NCBI GenBank assembly: GCA_964558915.1
Contig: CAZLFV010000001.1
Location: 6,313 to 70,312 of the forward strand
Source: an uncultured Eubacteriales bacterium
GTDB taxonomy: Bacteria; Acidobacteriota; Aminicenantia; Aminicenantales; UBA8522
Reading direction: 5' to 3'
DNA length: 64,000 nucleotides
Under the pieces are notes generated by a model that saw nothing but the letters and a program-made list of their open reading frames with translations, had not been told where the DNA came from and did no database searches. The position numbers were made by a program, and so were the translations under genes. Position 1 is the first letter of the stretch; every line of letters begins with the position of its first letter. This document shows, one piece after another, positions 1-9,446 of the stretch.

Positions 1-1559
1 TTCTTTTCAAGTCCAGGGGAGTGTGCAATCAGCTGGTCTGGTCCCCGGACGGCTCCAAGCTGGCTTTTGCGAATTTGCGCGAGGACCATAGTTTCATCGG
101 CGTTTATGACCTCAACGGCAAAACCTTGCATTGGATAGCGCCTTCAGTTGACCGGGATGTCTTTCCCGTGTTTTCACCGGACTCGACAATGCTGGCTTTT
201 TTACGGTTTCCGGGGACTAGTAGGCTTTTCTCGTCAGTCGAAGGCGAGTCCTTCTCGCTGATGGTCGCCAATATCAAGTCCGGCGAGGCTAAGAAAATCT
301 GGACTTGCCCTGACAAAAGCGGTGGATTTGCCCAGTACTATGCGGCTTCCCCGCTCCAATGGGCCTCCGAGGGACGTCTTCTCTTCTATTCTGAGCACGA
401 GGGGTGGATGCACATCTATTCTCTGTCGGCACAGGGCGGATCCCCTGTTTGCTTGACTCCCGGAGAGTATGAAGTTGAGGACTGTGCGCTTTCTCCTAAC
501 GGAAAGATCCTGGTCTTCAACTCGAATTCGGGCGACATTGACCGGCGCCATCTGTGGTCGGTTTCCGTTATGGGCGGAACTCCCGAGATCCTGACCCATG
601 GGAACGGGATGGAATGGGCGCCCGTTTGTGTCGCCACAGGAGGAGCGATTGCCTTCCTGTGCTCTAGTGCGACTCAGCCTGCTGCTCTGGCGGTCTTGCT
701 AACTGATAATAAGAAGAGAAGGCTGGTCGCGCCCGAGTCCATCCCCGCCGACTTCCCGGTGAAGAGCCAGGTTGAGCCTGTTCCGGTGGTTTTCGAGGCT
801 GGAGATGGGCTCGAGATCCATGGGCAGCTTTTCCTTCCTGCCGGGGCCAAAGCGGGAGATAATCGGCCGGCTGTGATTTTTATGCATGGAGGGCCAACAC
901 GGCAAATGCTCCTCGGCTGGCACATGCGGGGTTATTACCATAACGCTTATGCTTTTAACCAGTATATTGTCAGCCAGGGCTATGTGGTCCTTTCCGTAAA
1001 TTTCCGTTCCGGGATCGGCTACGGACGGGCATTCCGGACAGCAGACCACCAAGGGCCGCGCGGGGCATCAGAGTACCAGGACATCCTGGCTGCAGCCAAA
1101 TATCTTCAGGGGCGGCGGGAAGTCAATCCCCAAAAGATTGGGCTTTGGGGCGGTTCGTATGGAGGATATCTTACGGCTCTTGGGCTGGCCCGGGATTCGG
1201 CGGTTTTTGCGGCCGGCGTTGACCTCCACGGAGTCCACGACTGGTCGCTCAGAGAACGCGACGCGACAGCCGAGTGGGGAATTCAGCGCGAGGAAGAAAT
1301 CCGATTGGCCTTTGATTCTTCTCCTGTGGCGGATATCCGCTTCTGGAGCTCTCCTGTTCTTTTAATCCATGGAGATGATGACCGAAATGTCAATTTTGTT
1401 CAGACAGTCGACCTCATCGGACGCTTGAGAAAAGAAGGAAAAGCCCATATCGAGACGATCGTATTTCCCGACGAGGTCCACTCGTTTCTCCTGCATCAGC
1501 ACTGGCTCGAGGCCTTTGCGGCGGCGGCTGACTTTTTTGACCGGTTCTTAAAAAAGTAG
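1..1559 (+). CDS. S9-family serine peptidase (acylaminoacyl-peptidase / dipeptidyl-peptidase type), N-terminus outside window
   Basis: ORF 21..1559 stays open to the window edge. Propeller-like N-part (WSPDGSKLAF, FSPDSTMLAF, LSPNGKILVF). The alpha/beta-hydrolase part has the nucleophile elbow GLWGGSYGG and a distal GDDD / EVHSF region. Confidence 0.8.
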   Translation, partial: LFKSRGVCNQLVWSPDGSKLAFANLREDHSFIGVYDLNGKTLHWIAPSVDRDVFPVFSPDSTMLAFLRFPGTSRLFSSVEGESFSLMVANIKSGEAKKIWTCPDKSGGFAQYYAASPLQWASEGRLLFYSEHEGWMHIYSLSAQGGSPVCLTPGEYEVEDCALSPNGKILVFNSNSGDIDRRHLWSVSVMGGTPEILTHGNGMEWAPVCVATGGAIAFLCSSATQPAALAVLLTDNKKRRLVAPESIPADFPVKSQVEPVPVVFEAGDGLEIHGQLFLPAGAKAGDNRPAVIFMHGGPTRQMLLGWHMRGYYHNAYAFNQYIVSQGYVVLSVNFRSGIGYGRAFRTADHQGPRGASEYQDILAAAKYLQGRREVNPQKIGLWGGSYGGYLTALGLARDSAVFAAGVDLHGVHDWSLRERDATAEWGIQREEEIRLAFDSSPVADIRFWSSPVLLIHGDDDRNVNFVQTVDLIGRLRKEGKAHIETIVFPDEVHSFLLHQHWLEAFAAAADFFDRFLKK

Positions 1560-1614
1560 GGCGGCCCTGCCGATTCTCCGCACCGGTTTTTCTCCTGCCA
1601 ATGAATCTGGCAAT

Positions 1615-1971
1615 TTAGAACGCATCCCGCAGATGATTGACTCGATAGCCGTCCTTGGGGCTAAAAAAAAGCGATAGGATGTCAAACCGGCAGGGGACAT
1701 TGCGGAGGCTCCTCATGGCCAGATAGGCTTCGGCTATTTTCCTGATTTGCTGTTGCTTGAAGGAAGTGACAGATTCTTCGGGAAGGCCGAACTCAAGGCT
1801 CTTGCGGGTTTTAACTTCGATGAATACAAGGGTATCTCTCTCGTAGGCGATAATGTCGATTTCCCCTCTGTGGAAGCGGAAACCCCGCTCGATGACCTTG
1901 AATTTATTCTTTTTCAGGTAGGCGATGGCGACCTCTTCGCCGGATTTTCCGAGGGCGTGAGCGTTGCTCAT
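1615..1971 (-). CDS. yraN: YraN-family (UPF0102) endonuclease-like protein
   Basis: 118 aa with GEIDIIA...LVFIEVKTR core typical of YraN. 4-nt overlap with cysS stop. Confidence 0.75.
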   Translation of the reverse strand: MSNAHALGKSGEEVAIAYLKKNKFKVIERGFRFHRGEIDIIAYERDTLVFIEVKTRKSLEFGLPEESVTSFKQQQIRKIAEAYLAMRSLRNVPCRFDILSLFFSPKDGYRVNHLRDAF

Positions 1972-3443
1972 TCTGAGTGTTTCTTGGGCAGGAGGATTTT
2001 CCAGCGCACACCATCCTTGGTGTCTTCAAGGAGAATCCCTTGCTCCTCGAGCTCTTTCCGGATTGCATCAGCCCGGCCAAAATTTTTCTCTGCGCGTGCC
2101 TTTTCTCTGAGTTTTACTTTTTCAAGCTGTTCAGCTGTCAGTCCAGCTTGGACGGCTGAGCTATCACTCACCTGGGTTTCTTCTTTCTGGCCAAGGATGA
2201 ACGGCCTTGACTTGGCAGTTGGCGTGAGGACCTCTAAAACCGAATTGACGGAGTCCATGAATGCGCTGAGTTTTTCGGCATCGCTTTTTTTGATTTTTCC
2301 CTTTGAGATGAGGATGTTGGCATTTTTAATCAGGTTGAAGACGGCAGTCAAGGCAACGGAGATATTCAGGTCGTCACTTAATCCGGCGGCAAAGCCTTTC
2401 TCGGCCTCCTTTCTGATGCTGCTAACAGCTTGAGTTTCTCCCTCAGAAAAATACCCTGATTTCACTTCTCCGGCGAACTCGTTAATTCTCTGGAGGGCGG
2501 TTTCAGCCTGGTCGAGCGCCTCGAAGGTGAAGTTCAGTGTTTTTCGGTAATGAGTGGACAGCAAAAGAAAACGGACGGCCTCCGGATTGTTCTTGACTTT
2601 AAGGACCTCCCTGAGGGTAATTGTGTTCCCCTTGGATTTCGCCATTTTCTCGCCGTCCCGGATGAGGTGATGGCAGTGGAGCCAGTAGTTCACGAATTTT
2701 TTTCCCGAAAACGCTTCTGATTGTGCGATCTCATTCTCGTGGTGCGGGAAGATATTATCAACACCGCCGCAGTGGATATCGAACGTCTCGCCCAAATATT
2801 TGGCGCTCATGGCTGAACACTCGATATGCCAGCCCGGCCGTCCGGGGCCCAGGTCAGAGGGCCAGGAGGGCTCGCCCTCTTTGGCGGCCTTCCATAAGGC
2901 AAAATCGTGGACATTCTCTTTTTCGTACTCGTCTGCTTCGACTCTCTGGCCGGGCTGGAGTCCTGCCATATCGATTTTGGAAAGCCGGCCGTAAGCCGGG
3001 AACTTGGCGATACTGAAGTAGTACGAGCCGTCTTTTTTATAGGCATACCCTTTCTGGATTAGCCCCTTAACCAGGTTGACCATCTCCGGGATGTGCTCGG
3101 TCGCTCTGGGGAAGCAGCCGGCGGGGGAAATGTGCAGGGTTTTGATGTCTTCAAAAAAAGCATTGATATACTCTCTTGTGTATTCAGCGAGGCTGACGCC
3201 TCTGGCCTTTGCTCCCTTAATTGTCTTATCATCCACATCGGTGATATTCATAACATGAGTGACCTTGTAGCCCATGTAAACAAGGAATCTTTTCAGCAAG
3301 TCCTCGAAGACATAGGCGCGATAATTTCCGATATGGGGATAGTCATAAACCGTGGGGCCGCAGGTGTATAGCTTTACCTCGCCGGCCGTGATCGGCGTAA
3401 AAACCTCTTTCTTGCCGCTGAGAGTGTTATAAAATCTGATCAC
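1968..3443 (-). CDS. cysS: Cysteine--tRNA ligase
   Basis: 491 aa. Class I signature PHIGNYRAY (HIGH) and KMAKSKGN (KMSKS). CysRS-like WHIECS zinc region. Confidence 0.95.
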   Translation of the reverse strand: MIRFYNTLSGKKEVFTPITAGEVKLYTCGPTVYDYPHIGNYRAYVFEDLLKRFLVYMGYKVTHVMNITDVDDKTIKGAKARGVSLAEYTREYINAFFEDIKTLHISPAGCFPRATEHIPEMVNLVKGLIQKGYAYKKDGSYYFSIAKFPAYGRLSKIDMAGLQPGQRVEADEYEKENVHDFALWKAAKEGEPSWPSDLGPGRPGWHIECSAMSAKYLGETFDIHCGGVDNIFPHHENEIAQSEAFSGKKFVNYWLHCHHLIRDGEKMAKSKGNTITLREVLKVKNNPEAVRFLLLSTHYRKTLNFTFEALDQAETALQRINEFAGEVKSGYFSEGETQAVSSIRKEAEKGFAAGLSDDLNISVALTAVFNLIKNANILISKGKIKKSDAEKLSAFMDSVNSVLEVLTPTAKSRPFILGQKEETQVSDSSAVQAGLTAEQLEKVKLREKARAEKNFGRADAIRKELEEQGILLEDTKDGVRWKILLPKKHSE

Positions 3444-3728
3444 AGGTGCATATATTAAAGTGAATGCCGGAGTGAGTCAACTGCGGACACCAACAGTAAG
3501 CATCTTCGTTTCCGGGATCCTGAGGGGGCGGTCTAGGGAGGGTGACACGGCCAGGGGGCCCCCCGCCACCGAAGCGTTTGATGCCTCCCGAATTTCTTTT
3601 GGAGTGATCAACAGAATGGTCCGCGAGGATGCCGGGGGATAAGCCGTGGCAGGCCCCTATTCCAGAACAAAATGATCACGGAAACGATGATGCTTCATAA
3701 CGGAGATGAAATCGCAGGCGGCGTTGGA

Positions 3729-3757
3729 TTGACTGAATCATCAGTTTATGCCATAAT
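3729..3757 (+). promoter_or_regulatory. Sigma70-like promoter for the saccharopine gene pair
   Basis: TTGACT (3729-3734), 17-nt spacer, CATAAT (3752-3757). AGGAG at 3772-3776 precedes the TTG start at 3782. Confidence 0.4.
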
Positions 3758-3781
3758 TTTTGCTCTTGCTCAGGAGACAAA

Positions 3782-5122
3782 TTGACTGAAAAAACTTTGA
3801 TCGGAATCCGTCGGGAGGATAAAAACCCATGGGAAAGACGGGTGCCTATTATCCCGGCGCATGCCAGGGAGTTGATGCGCGAACTTCCCCTGGAAATATG
3901 GATCCAGCCCTCGTCCATTCGTGTCTTCACCGACGAGGATTACCGGAGGGAAGGTGTCCGTGTCTCCGAGGACCTCTCGCCGTGTTCGATTGTCCTCGCA
4001 GTTAAGGAGATCCCCTTGGATTTCTTCGTCAATGAAGCGGCCTATGTGTTCTTTTCTCATACCATCAAAGGGCAGCCGCACAACATGCTGATGCTCAAGA
4101 GAATGATGGAGCGCCGTTGTACTCTTATCGATTATGAAAGGATCGCCGATGAAAAGGGCCGCCGTCTCGTCTTTTTTGGGAGACAGGCCGGCGAAGCCGG
4201 GATGATCGACACTCTTTGGGCCTTGGGCCAGCGCTTCAAGTTGGAAGGCATAAAAACCCCATTTTCTCATGTCCGCAAGACTATTGACTATGCCAGCCTG
4301 GTTGAGGCTAAAGAATCCATCAAGAAAGCCGGCTGGGAAATCTATAACAAGGGTTTGGAATCTTCTCTGGTCCCACTGGTCTTCGGGTTCGCCGGATACG
4401 GCCATGTCTCCCAGGGAGCGCAGGAGATCTTCGACCTCCTTCCTTTTGAGGAGATCGAGCCCGGCCGGTTGAGTGAGTTCTTTCGGAAGAGAAGTTTCTC
4501 AGCGAGAAGGGTCTATAAAACCGTCTTTAAGGAAGAAGACATGGTGCGCCCAAAGCTGGCGAAAAAAAAGTTCAACCTTCAGGAATATTACGATCATCCT
4601 GAGAGATATAAGCCCGTCCTGGAAAAATCAATTCCTTATCTGACTGTTTTTTTAAACGCCATCTTCTGGTCGCCCCGCTATCCGCGATTCTTGACGAAAA
4701 AATTCCTGAAAAAGATGTACGAAACTCACACTCCACCTCGCCTTCGTGTCATCGGGGACATCTCCTGCGATATCGAAGGCGGAGTCGAGTGCACAATCAC
4801 TTGCACGAACCCGGCTGAGCCCGTTTTTACCTACAATGTGGCTGAAGATCACGCTGTAGCCGGGTTTGCAGGAAATGGTCCGGCTGTCGTGGCCGTGGAT
4901 AACCTGCCGGCCGAGATTTCTCTCGAGTCCTCGATTTATTTCAGCCAAACCCTCCTGCCCTTTGTCCCCGGACTGGTGGGGGCGGATTTCTCCAATGGCT
5001 TTTCCCGCTGCCATCTTCCTCCTCCTCTAAAAAGAGCCGTTATTCTGTTCCGAGGAGAATTCACCCCGGATTATGAATACATGCGGAATTTCATCCACTT
5101 ATCTGAAAGGAGTCAACCATGA
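3782..5122 (+). CDS. Lysine-ketoglutarate reductase-like saccharopine dehydrogenase (L-lysine-forming; AlaDH/PNT fold)
   Basis: 446 aa, TTG start. N-terminus IGIRREDKNPWERRVPIIP resembles the LKR half of eukaryotic AASS. ATGA stop/start overlap with the next gene. Confidence 0.7.
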   Translation: MTEKTLIGIRREDKNPWERRVPIIPAHARELMRELPLEIWIQPSSIRVFTDEDYRREGVRVSEDLSPCSIVLAVKEIPLDFFVNEAAYVFFSHTIKGQPHNMLMLKRMMERRCTLIDYERIADEKGRRLVFFGRQAGEAGMIDTLWALGQRFKLEGIKTPFSHVRKTIDYASLVEAKESIKKAGWEIYNKGLESSLVPLVFGFAGYGHVSQGAQEIFDLLPFEEIEPGRLSEFFRKRSFSARRVYKTVFKEEDMVRPKLAKKKFNLQEYYDHPERYKPVLEKSIPYLTVFLNAIFWSPRYPRFLTKKFLKKMYETHTPPRLRVIGDISCDIEGGVECTITCTNPAEPVFTYNVAEDHAVAGFAGNGPAVVAVDNLPAEISLESSIYFSQTLLPFVPGLVGADFSNGFSRCHLPPPLKRAVILFRGEFTPDYEYMRNFIHLSERSQP

Positions 5123-6438
5123 AAAAAGTCCTTATCTTGGGTGCTGGCCTGGTAGCCAGGCCGTTGGTCAGATATCTTCTGGATCAGCCCGACCTGCAAG
5201 TTGAGGTGGCCAGCCGGACCGTCAGCAAGGCGGTCAAGCTCATCGAAGGACATCCGCGAGGTGTGGCCAAGGAGCTCAACTTGAAGAGTGAAGAAGCCCT
5301 GAGAGGTGAAGTGGCCAAGGCTGACTTGGTCATCAGCATGGTTCCGTATTCATTCCATCCGAAAGTCGCCGAGTTCTGTATCGCTCATAAAAAGCACATG
5401 GTCACCACCTCTTATGTCAGCGAGGCCATGAAGAAACTCGATGGTGATGCCAGGAGAGCGGGCGTCATCATCCTGAATGAACTTGGACTCGACCCGGGCA
5501 TCGACCACATGGAAGCCATGAGAGTAATCCATGAGATTCACGACAAAGGCGGCAAGCTTGAGAGTTTCATCTCTTTCTGCGGAGGCCTGCCTGCGCCTGA
5601 GGCCAACACGAATCCCTTCGGTTACAAGTTTTCCTGGAGCCCCGTGGGAGTGCTCCTGGCCGGAAAAAATTCAGCCCAGTACCTGCTCAATGGAAAAAAC
5701 GTCCTGATCTCCTCCGAGAAACTCTTTGAAAGCTACACCTTCCGGACGATCGAGGGCATGGGCGTTTTTGAAGGCTACCCGAACCGGAACTCATTGCCTT
5801 ATATTGACCTTTATGGCGTCCCGGAGACAAAAACAATGCTCCGCGGAACCCTGAGAAACATCGGCTGGTGCGAGACGATTAAGAAGATGGTCGAGCTCGG
5901 CGTGTTGGACCAGGAAGAAAAGGATTGGACGGGTCTGACCTACGCCGGTTTTATCAGGAAGGTCGTCGGCACAAGAGCGAAGGATCTCAAGAAGGCCGTC
6001 TCGAACCGCCTTCAAATAAGCCCCGGCCTGGCCATTATCCGCAGGCTGGAATGGCTCGGCCTTTTCAGCGAAGAGCCTCTGCCGCTTGAGAAGGGCTCGG
6101 CTTTGGATATTATCGGAGCCAGGATGACCGCGAAGCTGGCCTACGCCGAAGGAGAGAGGGACATGATTATTCTCCAGCACGAATTCATCGCCTCTTATCC
6201 GAAGGCTGGGAAAGAGGGGATCGTCTCCACGCTCATTGATTTCGGAATTCCGCACGGTGATTCTTCTATGGCCAGGACCGTCGGCCTGCCCGCGGCGATA
6301 AGCACCAAAATGATTCTTGAAGGCAAGATCACAGAAAGGGGAGTTCATATTCCCGTCCTGCCGGATATCTATGTTCCGATCCTCGAAGAGCTGCAGACTC
6401 TGGGGATTGCCTTCCGGGAGAAAAAAGAAAAGCTTTAG
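5119..6438 (+). CDS. Saccharopine dehydrogenase (L-glutamate-forming) / saccharopine reductase family
   Basis: 439 aa. Rossmann start KVLILGAGLVARPLVRYL. Overall resemblance to the SDH half of AASS / LYS9. Confidence 0.8.
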   Translation: MKKVLILGAGLVARPLVRYLLDQPDLQVEVASRTVSKAVKLIEGHPRGVAKELNLKSEEALRGEVAKADLVISMVPYSFHPKVAEFCIAHKKHMVTTSYVSEAMKKLDGDARRAGVIILNELGLDPGIDHMEAMRVIHEIHDKGGKLESFISFCGGLPAPEANTNPFGYKFSWSPVGVLLAGKNSAQYLLNGKNVLISSEKLFESYTFRTIEGMGVFEGYPNRNSLPYIDLYGVPETKTMLRGTLRNIGWCETIKKMVELGVLDQEEKDWTGLTYAGFIRKVVGTRAKDLKKAVSNRLQISPGLAIIRRLEWLGLFSEEPLPLEKGSALDIIGARMTAKLAYAEGERDMIILQHEFIASYPKAGKEGIVSTLIDFGIPHGDSSMARTVGLPAAISTKMILEGKITERGVHIPVLPDIYVPILEELQTLGIAFREKKEKL

Positions 6439-6469
6439 TTTTGTGCCGTCTGGCCTGAGAGGAGGAGAA

Positions 6470-7276
6470 ATGATCAGAAAGCCTGCCGTTGCCGGCTATT
6501 TTTACCCTGGAAGCGACCGGGAGCTCCGGGCAATGCTTAAACAGATGGTCGACTTGAAGGCCGAGAAAGAAAAGGCCCTGGCCGTTGTTTCGCCTCATGC
6601 CGGGTTTATTTATTCCGGATACGTCGCCGGCGCTGTCTTCTCGTCCGTTGTGCTGCCGGATGACTATATCATTCTTGGGCCCAGCCATCAGGGCATTCGT
6701 CCCCTTTTCGCGATCATGACGGAAGGAGCTTGGCAAACTCCTCTCGGCGAAGTTCCCGTTGCCTCGGGCCTGGCCGAGGCGGTCCGGAAACGCTCACCCT
6801 TAATTCAGGTGGATGAAAACGGCCACAGGAGAGAACATTCTTTGGAGGTGCAGCTGCCGTTTCTCCAATACCTCAAAAAAGATATCTCTTTGGTCCCAAT
6901 CTGTATCAGCCATCTGGCGGACTATCGAGAGCTGGAAGAACTGGCCCGGGCCGTGGCCGCCGGAATTAGAGAATTCGGCAAGGAGACTTTGATAGTAGCC
7001 AGCACTGACATGAGTCATTATGTCAGTCAGGAGATGGCCAAACACAAGGATTTTCTGGCCATTGAGAAGGTCAAATCACTCGATGCCCGTGGGCTTTTTG
7101 ACGTAGTCCGTGATGAAGACATCAGCATGTGCGGATTCCAGCCTACGACTGCGGCCATCCTGGCAGCCAAAGAACTGGGAGCGACAAGGGCTGATCTCAT
7201 CCGGTACATGACTTCTGGCGATACTTCCGGCGACTATAGCCAGGTTGTTGGTTATGCCGGCCTGCGCATTGCCTAG
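6470..7276 (+). CDS. MEMO1 / AmmeMemoRadiSam system protein B family
   Basis: ATG at 6470 preceded by GAGGAGGAG. MIRKPAVAGYFYPG N-terminus and SPHAGFIYSG, HSLEVQLPFL, DMSHY motifs typical of Memo-like proteins. The longer ORF from 6317 overlaps the previous gene and was trimmed. Confidence 0.8.
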   Translation: MIRKPAVAGYFYPGSDRELRAMLKQMVDLKAEKEKALAVVSPHAGFIYSGYVAGAVFSSVVLPDDYIILGPSHQGIRPLFAIMTEGAWQTPLGEVPVASGLAEAVRKRSPLIQVDENGHRREHSLEVQLPFLQYLKKDISLVPICISHLADYRELEELARAVAAGIREFGKETLIVASTDMSHYVSQEMAKHKDFLAIEKVKSLDARGLFDVVRDEDISMCGFQPTTAAILAAKELGATRADLIRYMTSGDTSGDYSQVVGYAGLRIA

Positions 7277-7645
7277 CTTTTTCAAAGACCCGTCCAGAGA
7301 GCAATCGCCTTCCTGCCCAAAATCGCCGCCAGATAATTATTGTTGTCCAATGATGAGGTCTTTTCAAAAGAGCTACCCCCTATTCTTGGCATCGCTCAAC
7401 GGGTGGCGCGGCTGGGGGGCCCCCCGACGAGGCTCGGGAGATGTGGCTCGAAGTCCCGCTGCGATTTCCCCAGCGAGGAAATCTTGCTCGATTCGCTCCT
7501 CGCTCTCCTCTTTGAGGAACCGTGCCCGCTCGTCGCTCATACGGACTTCTCGCCACATCCTCCCTCGCCTCACTCCCCGGGCGGGGGGATGCCGCGACAG
7601 GACCCGTTGACGAATGCCAATGGGATTTTGAGTTCAGGCCAACGA

Positions 7646-7674
7646 TTGAAATTTTAGAGCATTAGTGCTATAAA
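7646..7674 (+). promoter_or_regulatory. Sigma70-like promoter of the hrcA operon
   Basis: TTGAAA (7646-7651), 17-nt spacer, TATAAA (7669-7674), 15 nt before the hrcA ATG. The spacer contains AGCATTAGTGCT, an imperfect inverted repeat with a CIRCE-like right arm (AGTGCTAtAA). Confidence 0.4.
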
Positions 7675-7689
7675 AATTTGTGAATAAAT

Positions 7690-8745
7690 ATGCTGTGGAA
7701 TTTGATTTTAAGAGAGAAAGACAAGGTTGTCCTGAACGTTGTTGTTGAAAACTACCTCAAGTCGGGCAAGCCCATTAGCTCCGGGTTCATTGTTCAAAAA
7801 AGAGCCCTCCCTGATTCGCCGGCCACAATTCGGAATATCATGGTCAAACTGGAGCAGATGGGCTACCTTTTGCAGCCCCACACTTCTGCCGGCAGAGTGC
7901 CGACGGATAAAGGGCTGAGATTTTACGTCAACAGCCTTTTCGATGAAACGCTCTATGCCGCTGAGCCAGTCATTCTCGGCCCGGATAATTTTTCCCTGGA
8001 GAAAGGCGATTTTGGCTCCCTTCTCACACAGGTTTCGTCACTCCTGGCCGAGCACTCAGATAACCTGGGCTTTGTCATATCTCCCCGCGTCTCCAGGATG
8101 AACTTCAACCACGTTCGCTTGATTAAGATCTCCGAAGAAAAAGTGATGATCATCCTGATTACGACGTTCAATCTTGTGCTCACGGAGATCGTTGAAACCC
8201 AGCATTATTTCACCCAACTCGAGCTGGACAATGCGTCTCAGTACATTAACCACCATTTTCGGGGCAAAAGCTTGACCGCAGTTCGGGACTATTTGCTGAA
8301 AGAGATCCCAAGATACAAACTCAGCTATGAGACCGCGGTCAACAAGCTCATTACCCTCCTGAAAGCCTATATCCAGCAGGAGGAGACGGAAAGCCAGATC
8401 TTTTTGCAGGGGACATCCAGGCTCCTCGACAAGGCCGATCTGTTCAAGATGGACAAGCTGAAATCTCTGTTTCAGAACTTTGAAGAAAAGGTTAAGCTGG
8501 CTAAGCTCCTCTCCGATTTTATCAGCCTGGAACGTGTCAAGGTGCTGATCGGCTCGGAGTCCAATATCCCCGATATCTCCGACTGCTCACTTGTCCTTTC
8601 CCACTATGGCTACAACAACCAAGTTTTGGGCACTCTGGGGATCATCGGCCCGAAAAGAATCCCGTATCGCAAAATCATTCCTCTGGTGGACCGCGTGGCC
8701 CAAAAGCTCAGTCAGACCATCAGCCAGGATCACGAAAGAGGTTGA
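7690..8745 (+). CDS. hrcA: Heat-inducible transcription repressor HrcA
   Basis: 351 aa. Winged-helix N-terminus with IRNIMVKLEQMGYLLQPHTSAGRVPTDKGLRFYV. First gene of a grpE-dnaK-dnaJ operon. Confidence 0.9.
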   Translation: MLWNLILREKDKVVLNVVVENYLKSGKPISSGFIVQKRALPDSPATIRNIMVKLEQMGYLLQPHTSAGRVPTDKGLRFYVNSLFDETLYAAEPVILGPDNFSLEKGDFGSLLTQVSSLLAEHSDNLGFVISPRVSRMNFNHVRLIKISEEKVMIILITTFNLVLTEIVETQHYFTQLELDNASQYINHHFRGKSLTAVRDYLLKEIPRYKLSYETAVNKLITLLKAYIQQEETESQIFLQGTSRLLDKADLFKMDKLKSLFQNFEEKVKLAKLLSDFISLERVKVLIGSESNIPDISDCSLVLSHYGYNNQVLGTLGIIGPKRIPYRKIIPLVDRVAQKLSQTISQDHERG

Positions 8746-9446
8746 TCATGACTAAAGATGACATTAAAAATCCGGAGGATGCAGAGACTGCCGAAAACGC
8801 TTCGGAATCTGCAGAATCAAAAAAAATCGATAAGGGCGAGGAGATCATGGAGATCGGCGATAAAGTCGAGTATGAGATTGTGAAGGATGAAGAGTCGTCC
8901 GGGGAAAAGAGGGGGCGGGAACCTGAGCAAAGCCATGAAGAAGAAGACAAAAATTTAAAACACAAGCTGAAGAAGAAAGACTCCGAAATCAAAGCCCTCA
9001 AAAAAGAACGGGAGGAATTTAAGGATAAGTACCTGAGAAAGCTGGCCGAGATGGAGAACCTTCGGAAACGGTTCGACAGAGAGAAGTCTGAGTATCAGCA
9101 ATATGCTCTGAGCGACTTCCTGCGGGAGCTCTTGGTCGTCCTGGATAATTTCGAAAGGGCCCTGCGGAGCGGGGATCAGGCTGACGGCAAGAACTTCCGG
9201 GAAGGGGTGGAGATGATCCTCCGCCAGTACCTGGATATGCTCAAGAAGAAAGGAGTCGCTCCCCTTGAGGTAAAGGACAACAAATTCGACCCGATGTTTC
9301 ATCAGGCAGTCATGACAGAAGAATCAGAGGCTGTGTCCGAGCCTGAAGTTGTCGAGGAATTGCAGCGAGGATACTTGCTCCACGGGCGGCTCCTGCGGCC
9401 GGCTTTGGTGAAAGTGCTTGTCCCTAAGAAGAGAGAGGAACAATGA
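8742..9446 (+). CDS. grpE: Nucleotide exchange factor GrpE (with acidic/Lys-rich N-terminal extension)
   Basis: 234 aa. LRKLAEMENLRKR, VLDNFERAL and HQAV motifs. ATGA overlaps on both sides. Confidence 0.9.
   Translation: MIMTKDDIKNPEDAETAENASESAESKKIDKGEEIMEIGDKVEYEIVKDEESSGEKRGREPEQSHEEEDKNLKHKLKKKDSEIKALKKEREEFKDKYLRKLAEMENLRKRFDREKSEYQQYALSDFLRELLVVLDNFERALRSGDQADGKNFREGVEMILRQYLDMLKKKGVAPLEVKDNKFDPMFHQAVMTEESEAVSEPEVVEELQRGYLLHGRLLRPALVKVLVPKKREEQ

Noticed and set aside
1747-2433. Long antisense or shadow ORFs inside strongly supported genes (also 15076..15834, 17145..17813, 47836..48537, 57085..57879, 27526..28083, 31412..32086)
   Set aside because: All lie opposite or out of frame to genes with unmistakable family signatures. 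They have no SD and show biased, repetitive translations typical of GC-rich shadow frames.
7373-7573. 66-aa minus-strand ORF (MSDERARFLKEESEERIEQDF...) in the memo-hrcA spacer
   Set aside because: No SD and no recognisable family. It overlaps two other equally long ORFs in a GC-rich spacer. Coding status cannot be supported.
7592-7607. 16-nt exact inverted match between CCGCGACAGGACCCGT (7592-7607) and ACGGGTCCTGTCGCGG (50992-51007), both intergenic
   Set aside because: For a 64-kb window, roughly one exact 16-mer match in either orientation is expected by chance. Flanking similarity is weak. At 50988-51040 the sequence is adequately explained as a terminator-like hairpin after the DUF4097 gene.
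7652-7674. Possible CIRCE operator (HrcA binding site) in the hrcA promoter spacer
   Set aside because: Only a right-arm-like AGTGCTAtAA and a 12-nt imperfect repeat AGCATTAGTGCT are present. The canonical TTAGCACTC-N9-GAGTGCTAA layout with a 9-nt spacer is not. Kept only as a note in the promoter feature.
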